Assembly (NCBI GenBank): GCA_030704615.1
Contig: JAKLZA010000110.1
Coordinates: forward strand, 1-21,942
Direction of reading: 5' to 3'
DNA: 21,942 bases
DNA from: Takakia lepidozioides
Taxonomy: Eukaryota > Plantae > Bryophyta
Shown here in pieces: positions 1 to 9,982 of the stretch. The position numbers were made by a program, and so were the translations under genes. Positions within the stretch are counted from its first letter, which is position 1. The number at the start of each line of letters is the position of its first letter. Below the pieces are notes generated by a model that was given only the letters and a program-made list of their open reading frames with translations, was not told the DNA's origin and searched no databases.

Positions 1-2573
1 AGACGGCATTCTGGGGGATCAATGAGCACGGGAAGGATTGCCTATACCAGTGGCGGTTCTTACCATTTGGGCTTAAAAACGCTCCCGCTGAGTTTCAAAG
101 AGTCATGGACAGGATTCTAGCAGGGGTGGAGTTTGCTCGTGCTACATAGATGACATCATCATCTTTAGTGCTACGGTGGAGGAGCATGAGAGACACCTTC
201 AGGGGGTATTTGAGCGCTTGAGGACGCACGGATTGAAGTTAAATCCGGGCAAGTGCAAGTTTTTCCACAACCAGATTGAGTATCTGGGTCACATGATATA
301 TCCTGGAGGATTGGGGTACAGCAGACTAAGGTAGAGTCCATTGCACAGGTTCCACGCCCCACGGATGTGAGCCGAGTTCGAGCTTTCATGGGGTTAGCAA
401 ACTATTACAGACGGTTTGTTAAGGGATTTAGTGCCATTGCAAAGGCTCTAACCAAGCTGACCAAGGTGGACCAGGAGTGGCAGTGGGAAGATGAGCAAGA
501 ACAAGCTTTTCAAGAGCTCAAGGCGAGGTTGACCTCGGCCCCATCTTGAGACGACCTATCAGGGGCGTCCTTTCAGCTGCATACAGATTGGAGCATGCTG
601 GGCTTGGAGCGGTGCTCACACAGCAGGTGGATGATGAGGGAAGAGAGTTCGTAGTGGCTTATGCTAGTCGCTCGAACAATGCTGCAGAGTCTAAGTATAG
701 CTCATATGAGGGAGAATGCTTAGCTGCAGTGTGGGCCGTGGCACACTTCAGGTGCTATCTATACGGCAATCTCTTCACCCTTGTCACGGATCACCAACCA
801 CTCTCAAGTGGTTGATGGAGTCAGACAAGCTTACGGGGAAGCTTGCACGGTGGGCACTCATCCTTCAAGAGTATGACTTTCAGGTGTGCATCGACCGGTT
901 TGGTCAATCGAAATGCAGATGGGTTGAGTCGCAATCCATGCACGAGCCAGCAGGATGACACTGGAGCTCGTGGCATGGTGAGACGGACGAGGAGATGGTG
1001 CCCGGATGGCATGCATCTGCATTTCTGTGTATCTTGGCAGCGGAAGGCCAGGTTGGACCTACAACGGGATGACTGTAGATCAAGTGTCTGAGGACCCTGA
1101 GGCCAGCAATGAGCAGGGTTGCGCCAAAGATATACATGAGGATTCAGTTGTTTGGACTACATCCGCAGTGAGACACGGCAGCCACTATGACTGCCAAGGA
1201 GAGGGATCGGATCCTACAACGAGCCAGAGGTTCAGGTGGGAGGGGACACACTGCTCCGAGTGTGGGAGGATGGTCGAGTGAGGATTGTGCCTCCCAACAC
1301 AGCGGCACGGTTAGTGCGGCATGCCCATGAGGAGTTGGGACATTTTGGGGTGCGACGCACTCATAGTCTACTGAGGGGCAGTATTGGTGGCGTGGTATGC
1401 ACACAGAGGTGCAACAATTTGTGGCTAGGTGCATGGTGGTGTGACAGGGTGCGTGCTTCATTCAACGCCCCTACTCCACATTGCACCCTCTTCCGATCAT
1501 GGGATTGGGCTACAGTTGGAGTCTTGACTTCGCAGGCCGTTGCCACTGACCATGCGCCACAACCGTACGTGTTGGTGATGGTGGAGCACTTCTCCAAGTG
1601 GATTGAATTGGTTCCATTGCCTGATAAGGCTAGTGAGGGAGCTGCGTATGCATTCCTGGATTGTGTGCTTAGCCGATTCGGTGCTCCAGCTGAGGTACTC
1701 ACGGACCAAGGGAAGAGTTTTTCTTGGGGAGTTTCAGGCTTTGGATGACAAGGCCTTTATAGAAACCACGCACCACTTCTCGGGATCATCCTGAAGCCGA
1801 TGGCTTGGCAGAGAGAGATTTGTTCAGACAGTAAGAGGGGGTTGGCGCAAGTATGGCTTGCAGAAGGGACAACCTAGGAGATTGGGACCTTCAGTTCCCT
1901 GGTTAGCCATGGCTTACAGGTTCAGCAAGCAAGCATCACTTGCCTCCTTCTCACCATACTTTCTTTCTCTTTGCCGAGAGCCGGATTTGCCTACATCCAT
2001 TCGCAGAGAAGCTGTACGTTCTTAACCTTGACGATCCGGACGTGTGGGGCACGTGCAGTGAGCAGCGTGCAGAGTTTTTCAAGAGAGTCATGCCTATGGC
2101 TTTCGAGAACCTTGCCATTGCACAACACCGTGATACGTTGAGGTATGCTACCATACGTGGTGGGGGCCTACGTCCTGGGTTTCGTAGATTCAAACCCTGG
2201 GAATATGTCTATCTGCAGCAGACTGCTCATACGACCCTGGGATGTGGACCTGCAGGAACGTTTATTTTGAGGGTTATCGAGATGGTCTTGTTGCCCTCAT
2301 GCGTCTTGGTCTTGGAGGGTCGGGATGGCATAACTTGGAAGGACCATGTGCGTAATTGTGCGCCATGTCACCTTCCGAATGTCGATGGCAGGATTGACCC
2401 AAACCTGGCAGTGGTATCTGCAGGTTTGAGGTGCATGTTGTGTGGGTCTGCTAAAGGGGCAGCCACCATGCTGTATGTGATCGTGCTCTAGAGGTTGGCA
2501 TATGGGATGCTTGACTCCACCTCTTGAGATGGTTCCGGATGGGGATTGGTTATGTCCACATTGCATTGGATAG
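1..2573 (+). pseudogene. pol: Gypsy pol (partial, multiple frameshifts): RT, RNase H, integrase, C-terminal PHD finger
   Basis: PFGLKNAP near the start and YIDD at 143-154. RT/RNase H fragments: VRAFMGLANYYRRFVKGFS, VVAYASRS, YEGECLAAVWAV, TDHQPL, KLARWALILQEYDF, NADGLSR. Integrase: HAHEELGHFG, VMVEHFSKWIE, VLTDQG. PHD cysteines at 2432-2564. Stop TAG at 2571-2573. Confidence 0.93.
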
Positions 2574-2819
2574 TGGGAGTGGATACAACCATGGGAGGCT
2601 AACAAGAAACGCAAGGCCCAGCTACTAGGAGACCTTGAACACACGAGATCTTGGCTCAAGTTCATAGATTGCAAGACGGCGACTAACGATGGGGCTACTC
2701 TTGTACCCGGCCTCTTGGTCTATAGAGTTTGAGCACAAAAGACAGTGATAGAGGACTTAGTACGGCTTGTGGCTATTACATCTTGTAGCTATCTGGTAGG
2801 AGGGACCTATCCACCAGCT

Positions 2820-2829
2820 AGGGGGGCGA
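2820..2829 (+). other. Polypurine tract of the left retrotransposon
   Basis: AGGGGGGCGA directly before TG at 2831, downstream of the pol stop. Confidence 0.7.
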
Positions 2830-2830
2830 T

Positions 2831-3363
2831 TGTGCTAGACTACTTTATTGTGCATATATGTGTGGTGGTTTGGACAGCGATTAGTGTTGTGTAGCGATAT
2901 GTATGCGCACGACAGCTGTCAAGTTAAATAAGCACAGTGTGAAAACAGCTAGAATAAAACTAGTTATTTGTATTTAACACTTGGATTTAGGTCAAGTGTT
3001 AAATCAGGTGTCAAGTTTAGTTTGACACCTGGTCTGTCTTATCTTCATCTCACACGAGAGCGGCAGTCGCGCAGCTCATCTCTCTCGAGTTGAGCCTGCG
3101 CGACCGAGCTCCTGCATTCTTCAATCTGAGTGTGCTTATGATGGGAGTGTAGGTTGTTGTGGGGTGGAGTCCCCATAGCTTGGGGTGCCCCTGGCTCGAC
3201 TATTATCTTAAAGAGTGATCTTGAGGGATTGCATATTTCTTGTGTTGAGTGTGTGTCCTTTTCAAGTTTGTTTATCATTGTGCTAGACTACTTTATTGTG
3301 CATATATGTGTGGTGTGGTGTGGACAGCGATGTAGTTGTGTAGCGATATGTATGCGCACGACA
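2831..3363 (+). repeat. 3' LTR of the left Gypsy element (internal structure atypical)
   Basis: Starts TG after the PPT and ends GCGCACGACA at 3363, followed by an abrupt switch to unrelated integrase sequence. The paired 5' LTR is not in the window. Confidence 0.65.
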
Positions 3364-3520
3364 ATCTTAAGGTACCTTGGCTAGCCATGGGCTACAGGTT
3401 TAGCAAGACACATCACTTTGCCTCTTTCTCACCACTATTTCCTTCTCTTTGGCTGAGAGCCAAGTTACCTGCATCCATTCGCGGGAGGCTGCAGTAGTCC
3501 TCAACCTTGATGATCTGGAT
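3364..3520 (+). pseudogene. Fragment of an older, related Gypsy integrase (insertion target of the left element)
   Basis: Diverged copy of ~1887-2041. It reads (D)LKVPWLAMGYRFSK versus DLQxPWLAMAYRFSK, and ends CTCAACCTTGATGATCTGGAT versus CTTAACCTTGACGATCCGGAC. Confidence 0.8.
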
Positions 3521-3972
3521 AAAAAACATTTAAGGCATAATTGAAGGATCTAAGATCTATTAGAGATATGGCCTGAACAAGTGGATGAAGACATGGGCAT
3601 TGGTATTCCAACGCATATGTTTGCCCACAAAATCACCATGGACAAATCATCTACAACCACTAGTGGTTGATTTGTCGAGGGTCGTAGATGATAGTATATT
3701 CCATACAAGAGAACCGGATCTCCGTTGTAAGGAGTAAGGACCCTGGACCGGCCCCGCAGTCCAGACCATCCATGTTTTGCTCTTTCAGCAGAGTGACGCT
3801 CCTTGTCTGAGGAGCTCACGTCCCCTTTCCTCTCTCTTCACTTCGCCCTTTCTTCATCAGGCTCCGCAATTCCGTCGTCGCCAACTCCGCCATCTGCTCA
3901 GGTACCTTGCTGCCCTGCTTTGGCCTGCGTTGGGTGTGTGTTTGGAGTGGCTGCGTGGTTCCGAATTTTACT

Positions 3973-4086
3973 GCCTATGCTGGCGGTCGCTTATTTTTTT
4001 ACTTTTTAAAAAATGAAGCGACCGCCTATGTTGGCGGTCGCTTATTTTTTTTAAAGTTTTTGAAAATGAAGCGACCGCCTATGTTG
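3973..4086. repeat. Two-and-a-bit copies of a 51-53 bp unit containing an 11-bp inverted repeat
   Basis: GCCTATG starts at 3973, 4024 and 4077. Each full unit has GGCGGTCGCTT-(T/A-rich spacer)-AAGCGACCGCC. Confidence 0.85.
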
Positions 4087-4253
4087 TCGCGCACCTCACT
4101 TCGGTAAGCTCCCCCTCAAGTCATAGTTACTCGCTTTGATGCGCGCGCCTGACTCCCACCTGCCGCCGGGCAACTTGGAGCTTCGGCTGTCACCGGGGCA
4201 TAACGGTCCCCCTTTGTTCTCCCAAAGAACCCTCCACCGATTTGGAACCAGCG

Positions 4254-4262
4254 GGAATTCCC
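4254..4262 (+). repeat. Left target-site duplication (9 bp, GGAATTCCC)
   Basis: Identical to 17889-17897 and abuts the TIR on both sides. 9 bp is the typical MULE TSD length. Confidence 0.88.
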
Positions 4263-4310
4263 GAGGTTTGCTATTTCATGAGCATGAGCGGCATGAGCGG
4301 CATGAGCAGA
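4263..4310 (+). repeat. Left terminal inverted repeat
   Basis: GAGGTTTGCTATTTCATGAGCATGAGCGGCATGAGCGGCATGAGCAGA matches the reverse complement of the right end (GGGGGCTGCTATTTCATGAGCGGCATGAGCATGAGCGG...GCATGAGCAGA). Confidence 0.85.
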
Positions 4311-4504
4311 GTAGTAACACAATCGGTTTTCATGAGCAGAAGTACAAATTTCGAAAATAAAAAACAATAAAAAACAATAATTTAATGCAATGTGTCAGAA
4401 AAAACAAATATATTATTCGGCCCCTTGAAGGGAAAATTGCACTTTTGACAGTTGTGCTCATGATATTTCGTCTTCCGCTCATGCCAATTCCCAGCGACAT
4501 GTGC

Positions 4505-4885
4505 AATATGGCGCCGAATTTCGCGGTAATAGGGTCCGTAACCTGAAAAAACGGCGACGTATTTCGCGGCAAATAGGTCTCTCTGGCGAAAAATGGTGCC
4601 AAATTCCGCGGGCTATAGGTCCCCTCATGACAGGTAATTCGGCGCCATTTTTCCAGTGCATGTTCGGACTTAGCCAGTTTTCGGCCCAAAAAAGAGAAAT
4701 TCGGGCCATTCCAGACGCATTTCGGGGAGAGGTTGGCAGCCGGGTTACCAGTCCGCATGTTGGGACTTAGCCAGTTTTCGGCCCAAAAAGAGAAATTCGG
4801 CGCCATTTTCCCACACAGGTACCAGTGATGTTGGGACTTAGCGAGTTCGGCCCCAAAAAGAGAAATTCGGCGCCATTTTTCCAGA
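4505..4885. repeat. Left subterminal array of degenerate GAAATTCGGCGCCATTTT / GGGACTTAGCC motifs
   Basis: Copies in one orientation at ~4505-4610 and the opposite orientation at ~4634-4885, e.g. GGGACTTAGCCAGTTTTCGGCCCAAAAAGAGAAATTCGGCGCCATTTT. Confidence 0.85.
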
Positions 4886-5057
4886 AATGGCCCCACAACT
4901 GCTTCTGTTGGATCTCAGTTTGAATGGAATATTGCCTCATTCCAGGAGTTTTGGGGTGCATTTCATTACACTGCAAAAAAAAAGTCTGATACAGCAAATG
5001 CATTTGAAAATATCCATATGAGGATTCCGTTTGCCCCATCAATGATTTCTGGAATCC

Positions 5058-8000
5058 CTAAGGAGGAGTTGTGTGCAGCTCGTTCACGCTCAACGCCGGT
5101 GCATGAATAAAGTCATCAATAGTCACGTTCATCCTCAACCTCTTCAGGTAAATGTAATACAGATGCTTGCACGGATAATACTTCGAACCCTTCTTTGCTT
5201 CCATCAACGAGAAGTCCGTACAGTTGCAAGTCGGCTCCACTCCAATCGTAATTGTGTATACATCGTCGCGTACAGCCGAGCCGCCTGCCATCCGATACAC
5301 ACGCCCAAGGCCGGGTGGGGGTACGTCCACGGAGCTCTGAATAGTGCAAGCCATCCCAAGAGCATTGACAATCCGAGTCTCATTCAATTGTTGGGAGGGT
5401 GTCGTCTCTTCACTCTTCCGAATCGCATTGTGGGATGTGCAGAATTGTCCATCCGTCTCTACTGGACCGAGCAGTCTGCAATGGCTGGGTCTGAGGAACC
5501 GGAAATGCGTGGGCCGGGATGTCTGTGCGTTGCACCATTCGAAATCCTGCTGCAGATAGAGCATCCGCCTCATTCTGAGAGAGGCTGCAACGGTGCAACA
5601 GGCCAGACGCCCGGAGGCTCCGGCATTCCCTGAATCCCACTTGGGCTTGCCAAATTACACAGGTCATTATGTCGTGCCTACAGAACCAAAATGTCTGCGT
5701 TGTGGCGTGAGCAAATGTGGGAGTCAAAAATCTGCCGCTGAAACAAGGTGCAGGTACAGCACCGTGTGGGGTTCCTCCAAATCATCTCACCACAGCGTGC
5801 TCTCGTATCCACCGGATGGCGCAACACTTCCCTCGAAAATGCGGCAATGTCCTCGCAATTCTCCACGTGACTCCGACACCTTGTCTCCACAATGGGAATG
5901 TGTATTGCTTTAACTACAGATGGCTCGGTTATGTTGCCGGGGCACGCGCCCTGTGCTCAAAGGGATGGCGACTTCCAAATGTTGGCCTCTTCGCAGCAAT
6001 GGCGTGTCCCGAAGGCCCTCTCGCAAGGCCGCCGCCCACTTCCGAGGATTCTTCGATCTGGAGGCAGTCCGCATCAGCATTTCCTGCCTGTCCGGCCCCA
6101 AGCCCCACTGTTTCCCTTTCAAGAACTCGTTGTACCTGCATTGCTGCATAATTGACCTCACAATGTCCTCCGTTGTGGCAGTGAGGATGTCCACCAGATG
6201 CGCCGCAGAGGAGGCACGCCAGGAAGAGTGCACTGATTCGGCCATGTTTGTCGTGGGCATGTCGGTGTCGGAGTCGAGACACATTTCCTGCACAAGCACA
6301 TGTTCAGGTTACAAGCAAGTTACAAATATGGCCAAGAATAATATCCAACGGGACGCGAATTCGTGCAACTCACCTCCCGCATATAGTCGCCGAACTGGAG
6401 GAAACGATAATGCCACCATGCTAGCCAACTGACCATTGCTCCTTCGTCTGATTTCCTTACAGCACCTGACGATGTCCACCAAGCCCGTATGCATGCAAAC
6501 TGTGTCTCTGCATCATCCAAGGTGGGAGCGCGCTTCCACGCAAGGCACATGGAACGGTGCTCCTCTCTGAAATCTGGCGCCACGAGCTTGGTTGTGTACT
6601 GCGAAAGGCTCTGCAGAAAATGGAACCCACAAGATCTCTCCTTGCCTTCCATGGGAACATTGGGGTCTTGCCCGTACACCCTTCGGATGGCAGCCCAATT
6701 TGCTTGTGCGTTGTCCGCCATGAAACCACGGAAATTGGGAGGGGGCAATCCCGCCTTGGCCATCTGTTCGTTTATTCCCTGCCAAAGAAGCATCTCCGAT
6801 TGTGTGTCCTCTCCTTTCATCTCACAAATAGCAATTGTCATTAGCATCCTGCAGTGGGTGTCGTAGACATGTGCACCCATTGTCACCCACTGGTGATTTG
6901 TAATTCGCTTGATATGGTCGAACATGACCCAACTGTTTGACAAGTTCCCACTCGTCATCCTGTCGACCAGTTCGACGCCACTGCCAGGTCCACACGTGGA
7001 CATTTTGAATACGAAACAACGATCTGCCTCAGTCCCTTGTCCTGGAAACCTACTTCCATGAATGTAGTCATATCCACATCGTCGCTTCACCTCCAGAATG
7101 GAGTGCATATCCGAGCCACGCCCAATTTTCTGTTTGCATGAGACAATGTGGTTTCGGACATTCGGTGAACATACGTGGGACACCGACTCCAGCAATGCCT
7201 CCATTTCCTTCTCGTCGAGAGGAACTCTATCGGAGCCGTCTTCCGACATAATTCTGGCCAATGCCATCTTATGGGCGGCTTGGAGCTGTATCTGTTTGGG
7301 TTTGGCACCCGGTCTCAACTTAACCTCCTCCTGAACGAGCTGCTCTGCTTCGTGGGCAGCCTCCCGCGAGTTCCCCCTCGCCAATTTGTGACAATGGGAA
7401 CCAACGTGTATGCAAGCTCGGGTGAGGTCAGGGAAACGGTGCAACACATAGAACTGCTTGGCATTACAAACAGACATGCAGTGTGGTGGTTCTTTGCAAT
7501 GCGCACACTTAAATGTGGAGTTCGGAACCTTCTCCTGAGCTCGAAATGGTTGGTGAGCTGTGCCTGTCCAATCGGTCTCGTTCCTGTGACCTCTGGATTT
7601 AAAGTGGAAGCAAGTTGGGGAGAAAACACCGCAACGCGCCCGCACAAACAACGTAGCGCACCCGCACACCATCAAGCATCTTCATGCTGGTGGTTTTGGT
7701 AACGCACCAAGGATGACCGTCATGTTTTCTATCCATATCTGTCAACATTCCGGACGCCCTCGAGTAGTCCGCCCGAGGAGGGAACTCAAAGAAGATATTA
7801 CCGTCGACGTCGGCGGGAAGGCATGTAACCGATTTAATTGCGAACTTGCTGTAGTCCAGCCCGGCCAGCTCCGACCGGTGTCCTTCCAGGTGAAGCCCTC
7901 GCAGAATTTCTAGAATAGATCGAACTGCGGTGCTCGTGCTGGGAATATGACTCCCTCCTCCACTGACGTCCATTGAGGACTTGCCTGATCTCCAGGACGA

Positions 8001-8444
8001 CCTCGGAACTTCCATGACCTCGTCTGAGTCGGACAGGTTGTGAACACTTGCCTGATCTCCAGGACGACCTCGGAACTTCCATGACCTTCGTCTGAGTCGG
8101 ACAGTTGTGAACAACCGGTTCTCGGTCTCGTCTTCATGGATGGGTTCGGCTCTGGATTTACTTCGTTGCGGACTTCTCTCTTTGAGGTACCCACTCTCTG
8201 ATTCGCGGATTGTTTCGTGGAAGGCGCCAGGATAGACGGTGGCATTTGCGGGCAAATGAATCCCCAACAGCCCTGTATATGACGCTGTCCGATGGTGGAA
8301 CTCGCCATTTCCCTGCCATCGCCGAAATCATCGTGGAGCACAACAATACTCTCGACAACAAGGCCGTTTGAGTCCTTCCTTTTCCTCCTCCAAAAAACCG
8401 ACCCCGGTTTCAGGTGGTATCGAACGCAACAGATATTTCTCCAT
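5058..8444 (-). CDS. MULE (MudrA-like) transposase: GCM/WRKY-like Zn domain, DDE core, Cys-rich region, SWIM finger; interrupted by frameshifts in this sequence; 5' end uncertain
   Basis: DDE: WVMFD (D 6917-6919), FMADN (D 6713-6715), CGFH (6620-6631), TTNMAESVH (E 6237-6239). SWIM: TCNCTDF...YPCKHLYY (~5150-5260). N-terminal DGHPW...CAGALRCFSPTC...CAHC...C...IHVGSHCH (~7385-7730). GT-AG intron 6288-6373 joins DYMRE to EMCLD in phase 0. Stop at 5058-5060. The ATG at 8444 is only a candidate. Confidence 0.88.
7979..8112. repeat. Tandem duplication of 67 bp within the transposase N-terminal region
   Basis: ACTTGCCTGATCTCCAGGACGACCTCGGAACTTCCATGACC...GTGAAC at 7979-8045 and 8046-8112. The copies differ by two single-base indels. 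Confidence 0.9.
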
Positions 8445-8833
8445 CACCCGGCAGGTGTCCCCTCTACACGGAAATGAAGCTCTATGCTCGTGAGGAGGGC
8501 AGTACACTGTAGCGCTCGGTGTTTTCCGCCATGGGAGATGTGCCACACAAGACTGCCAGGGATGGCGTGCGGGGAAGCTCCCTGGTAGAAGGGGGTGCAG
8601 CGATGGGAATGAATGCGATGCCGATTTGTCCGAGCGACGAAGCCTGATCCAAATCCAGGGAGCCAACTATCTCAAAAATCCACAGTCAGAGTGTTAATGA
8701 ACCTTGTCTCCGGACTGCGGCCCCTGTCTTTGCGCAATAACTGCCAACGGTATGCAGTCAGAAGTGTGGGGGCCGTCCGGATGATGACGGCTGAAGGGAG
8801 AAGCCGGCACCTGCCCTCACATTACTACCCCGA

Positions 8834-9510
8834 ATGGAAATTCGGCACCCAATATCCAACAGAGGAAGCCCGGATGAAGTCGCCTCGGGCGCAGAGGCCG
8901 GAGTGTATGCGACAGAGAACATCCCCTGGATGGAGATTCGGCGCCGAATTTCATCCGGGCCCCCAAAGGAGTCGTGTCGGGGGTCAGGCCGAAAACTGGA
9001 CGGCATAAAAACATCCCCAGATGGAAAAACGGCGCCGAATTTCCATCCGGGGCGGTTCGGATGCAGTCGGGGAGGGGGGAGTGGCCTACACTTGGCCGTC
9101 ACATTTCAACCCCCGGACGGAAATTCGGCACCGAATATCGAAACAGGGGACGCCCGGATGAAGTCGCCTCGGGCGCAGAGGCCGGCGAGTGTGTGCGACA
9201 GAGAACATCCCCTGGACGGAGATTCGGCGCCGAATTTCCATCCGGCCCCCCCAAAGGAAGTCTTGTCGGGGGGTCAGACCGAAAACTGGCCGACATAAAA
9301 ACTTCCACAGATGGGAAAACGGCGCCGAATTTCAATTCGGGCCGTTCCAATGCAGTCGGGGAGAAGGGAGAGGTCGGCACCTGGCCGTCATATTTCAACC
9401 CCCGGGACGGAAATTCGGCACCGAATATCCAACAGAGCGGCAAAGAGGCGGCACCTCTCCGACAGAGACCATCCCCCGGATGGAAATTCGGCGCCGAATT
9501 TCCATCCAGC
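8834..9510. repeat. ~285-bp higher-order repeat (about 2.3 copies), each unit holding three GAAATTCGGCGCCGAATTTCC-type palindromes
   Basis: GGAAATTCGGCACC starts at 8836, 9119 and 9409. CGGATGAAGTCGCCTCGGGCGCAGAGGCCGG occurs at 8871 and 9155. Confidence 0.88.
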
Positions 9511-9982
9511 AGGTAAGTGGAATCCCGGATGGATGGAGATTCGGCGCCGAATTTCCATCCTGCAGGTAATTCGAATACCGGATGAATGGAAATTCGGCGC
9601 CGAATTTCCATCAAGCACGTCAGCAGAATTCGCCGAATCCCGCAAAATGGAAATTCGGCGCCGAATTTCCATTCGCCATGTATTCTGAGCGCGGAATTAC
9701 CTTCGGCAGGTAATTCCCAGATGAGAATTACCTTCCTGCAGGTAATTCCATCAGATGTCAATTCCGCGTCCAGAATTACCTGCACGAAGGTAATTCCACG
9801 CTCAGAAATACATGGCGAATGGAAATTCGGCGCCGAATATCCATTTGCACCGATTCGAATTACCTGCAGGATGGAAATTCGGCGCCGAATTTCCATTTAT
9901 GCCGGATTTCGAATTACCTGCAGGAGGAAATTCGGCGCGAATTACCTGCTTGAGGGAAATTTGGCGCGACTGCCCTACCTGC

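Larger units (their letters stand above)
1..3363 (+). mobile_element. Ty3/Gypsy LTR retrotransposon, 3' portion (RT-RNaseH-integrase-PHD, PPT, 3' LTR); 5' part outside the window
   Basis: Domain order RT, RNase H, integrase is diagnostic of Ty3/Gypsy. G-rich PPT at 2820-2829 is followed by a TG...CA-bounded LTR-like segment. Confidence 0.93.

Noticed and set aside
3983-4079. Rho-independent terminators
   Set aside because: The context is eukaryotic, and the hairpins are part of a tandem repeat with T-runs inside the loop.
4253-4262. TIR extending outward to include GGGAATTCC
   Set aside because: The apparent extension arises because the TSD is nearly palindromic. Taking it as TIR leaves no matching TSD (TTTGGAACCAGC vs TTTGGTAGTTGG), whereas 4263/17888 gives a perfect 9-bp direct repeat.
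7615-7630. Programmed ribosomal frameshift in the transposase
   Set aside because: There is no canonical slippery heptamer, and many similar single-base indels occur throughout the window.
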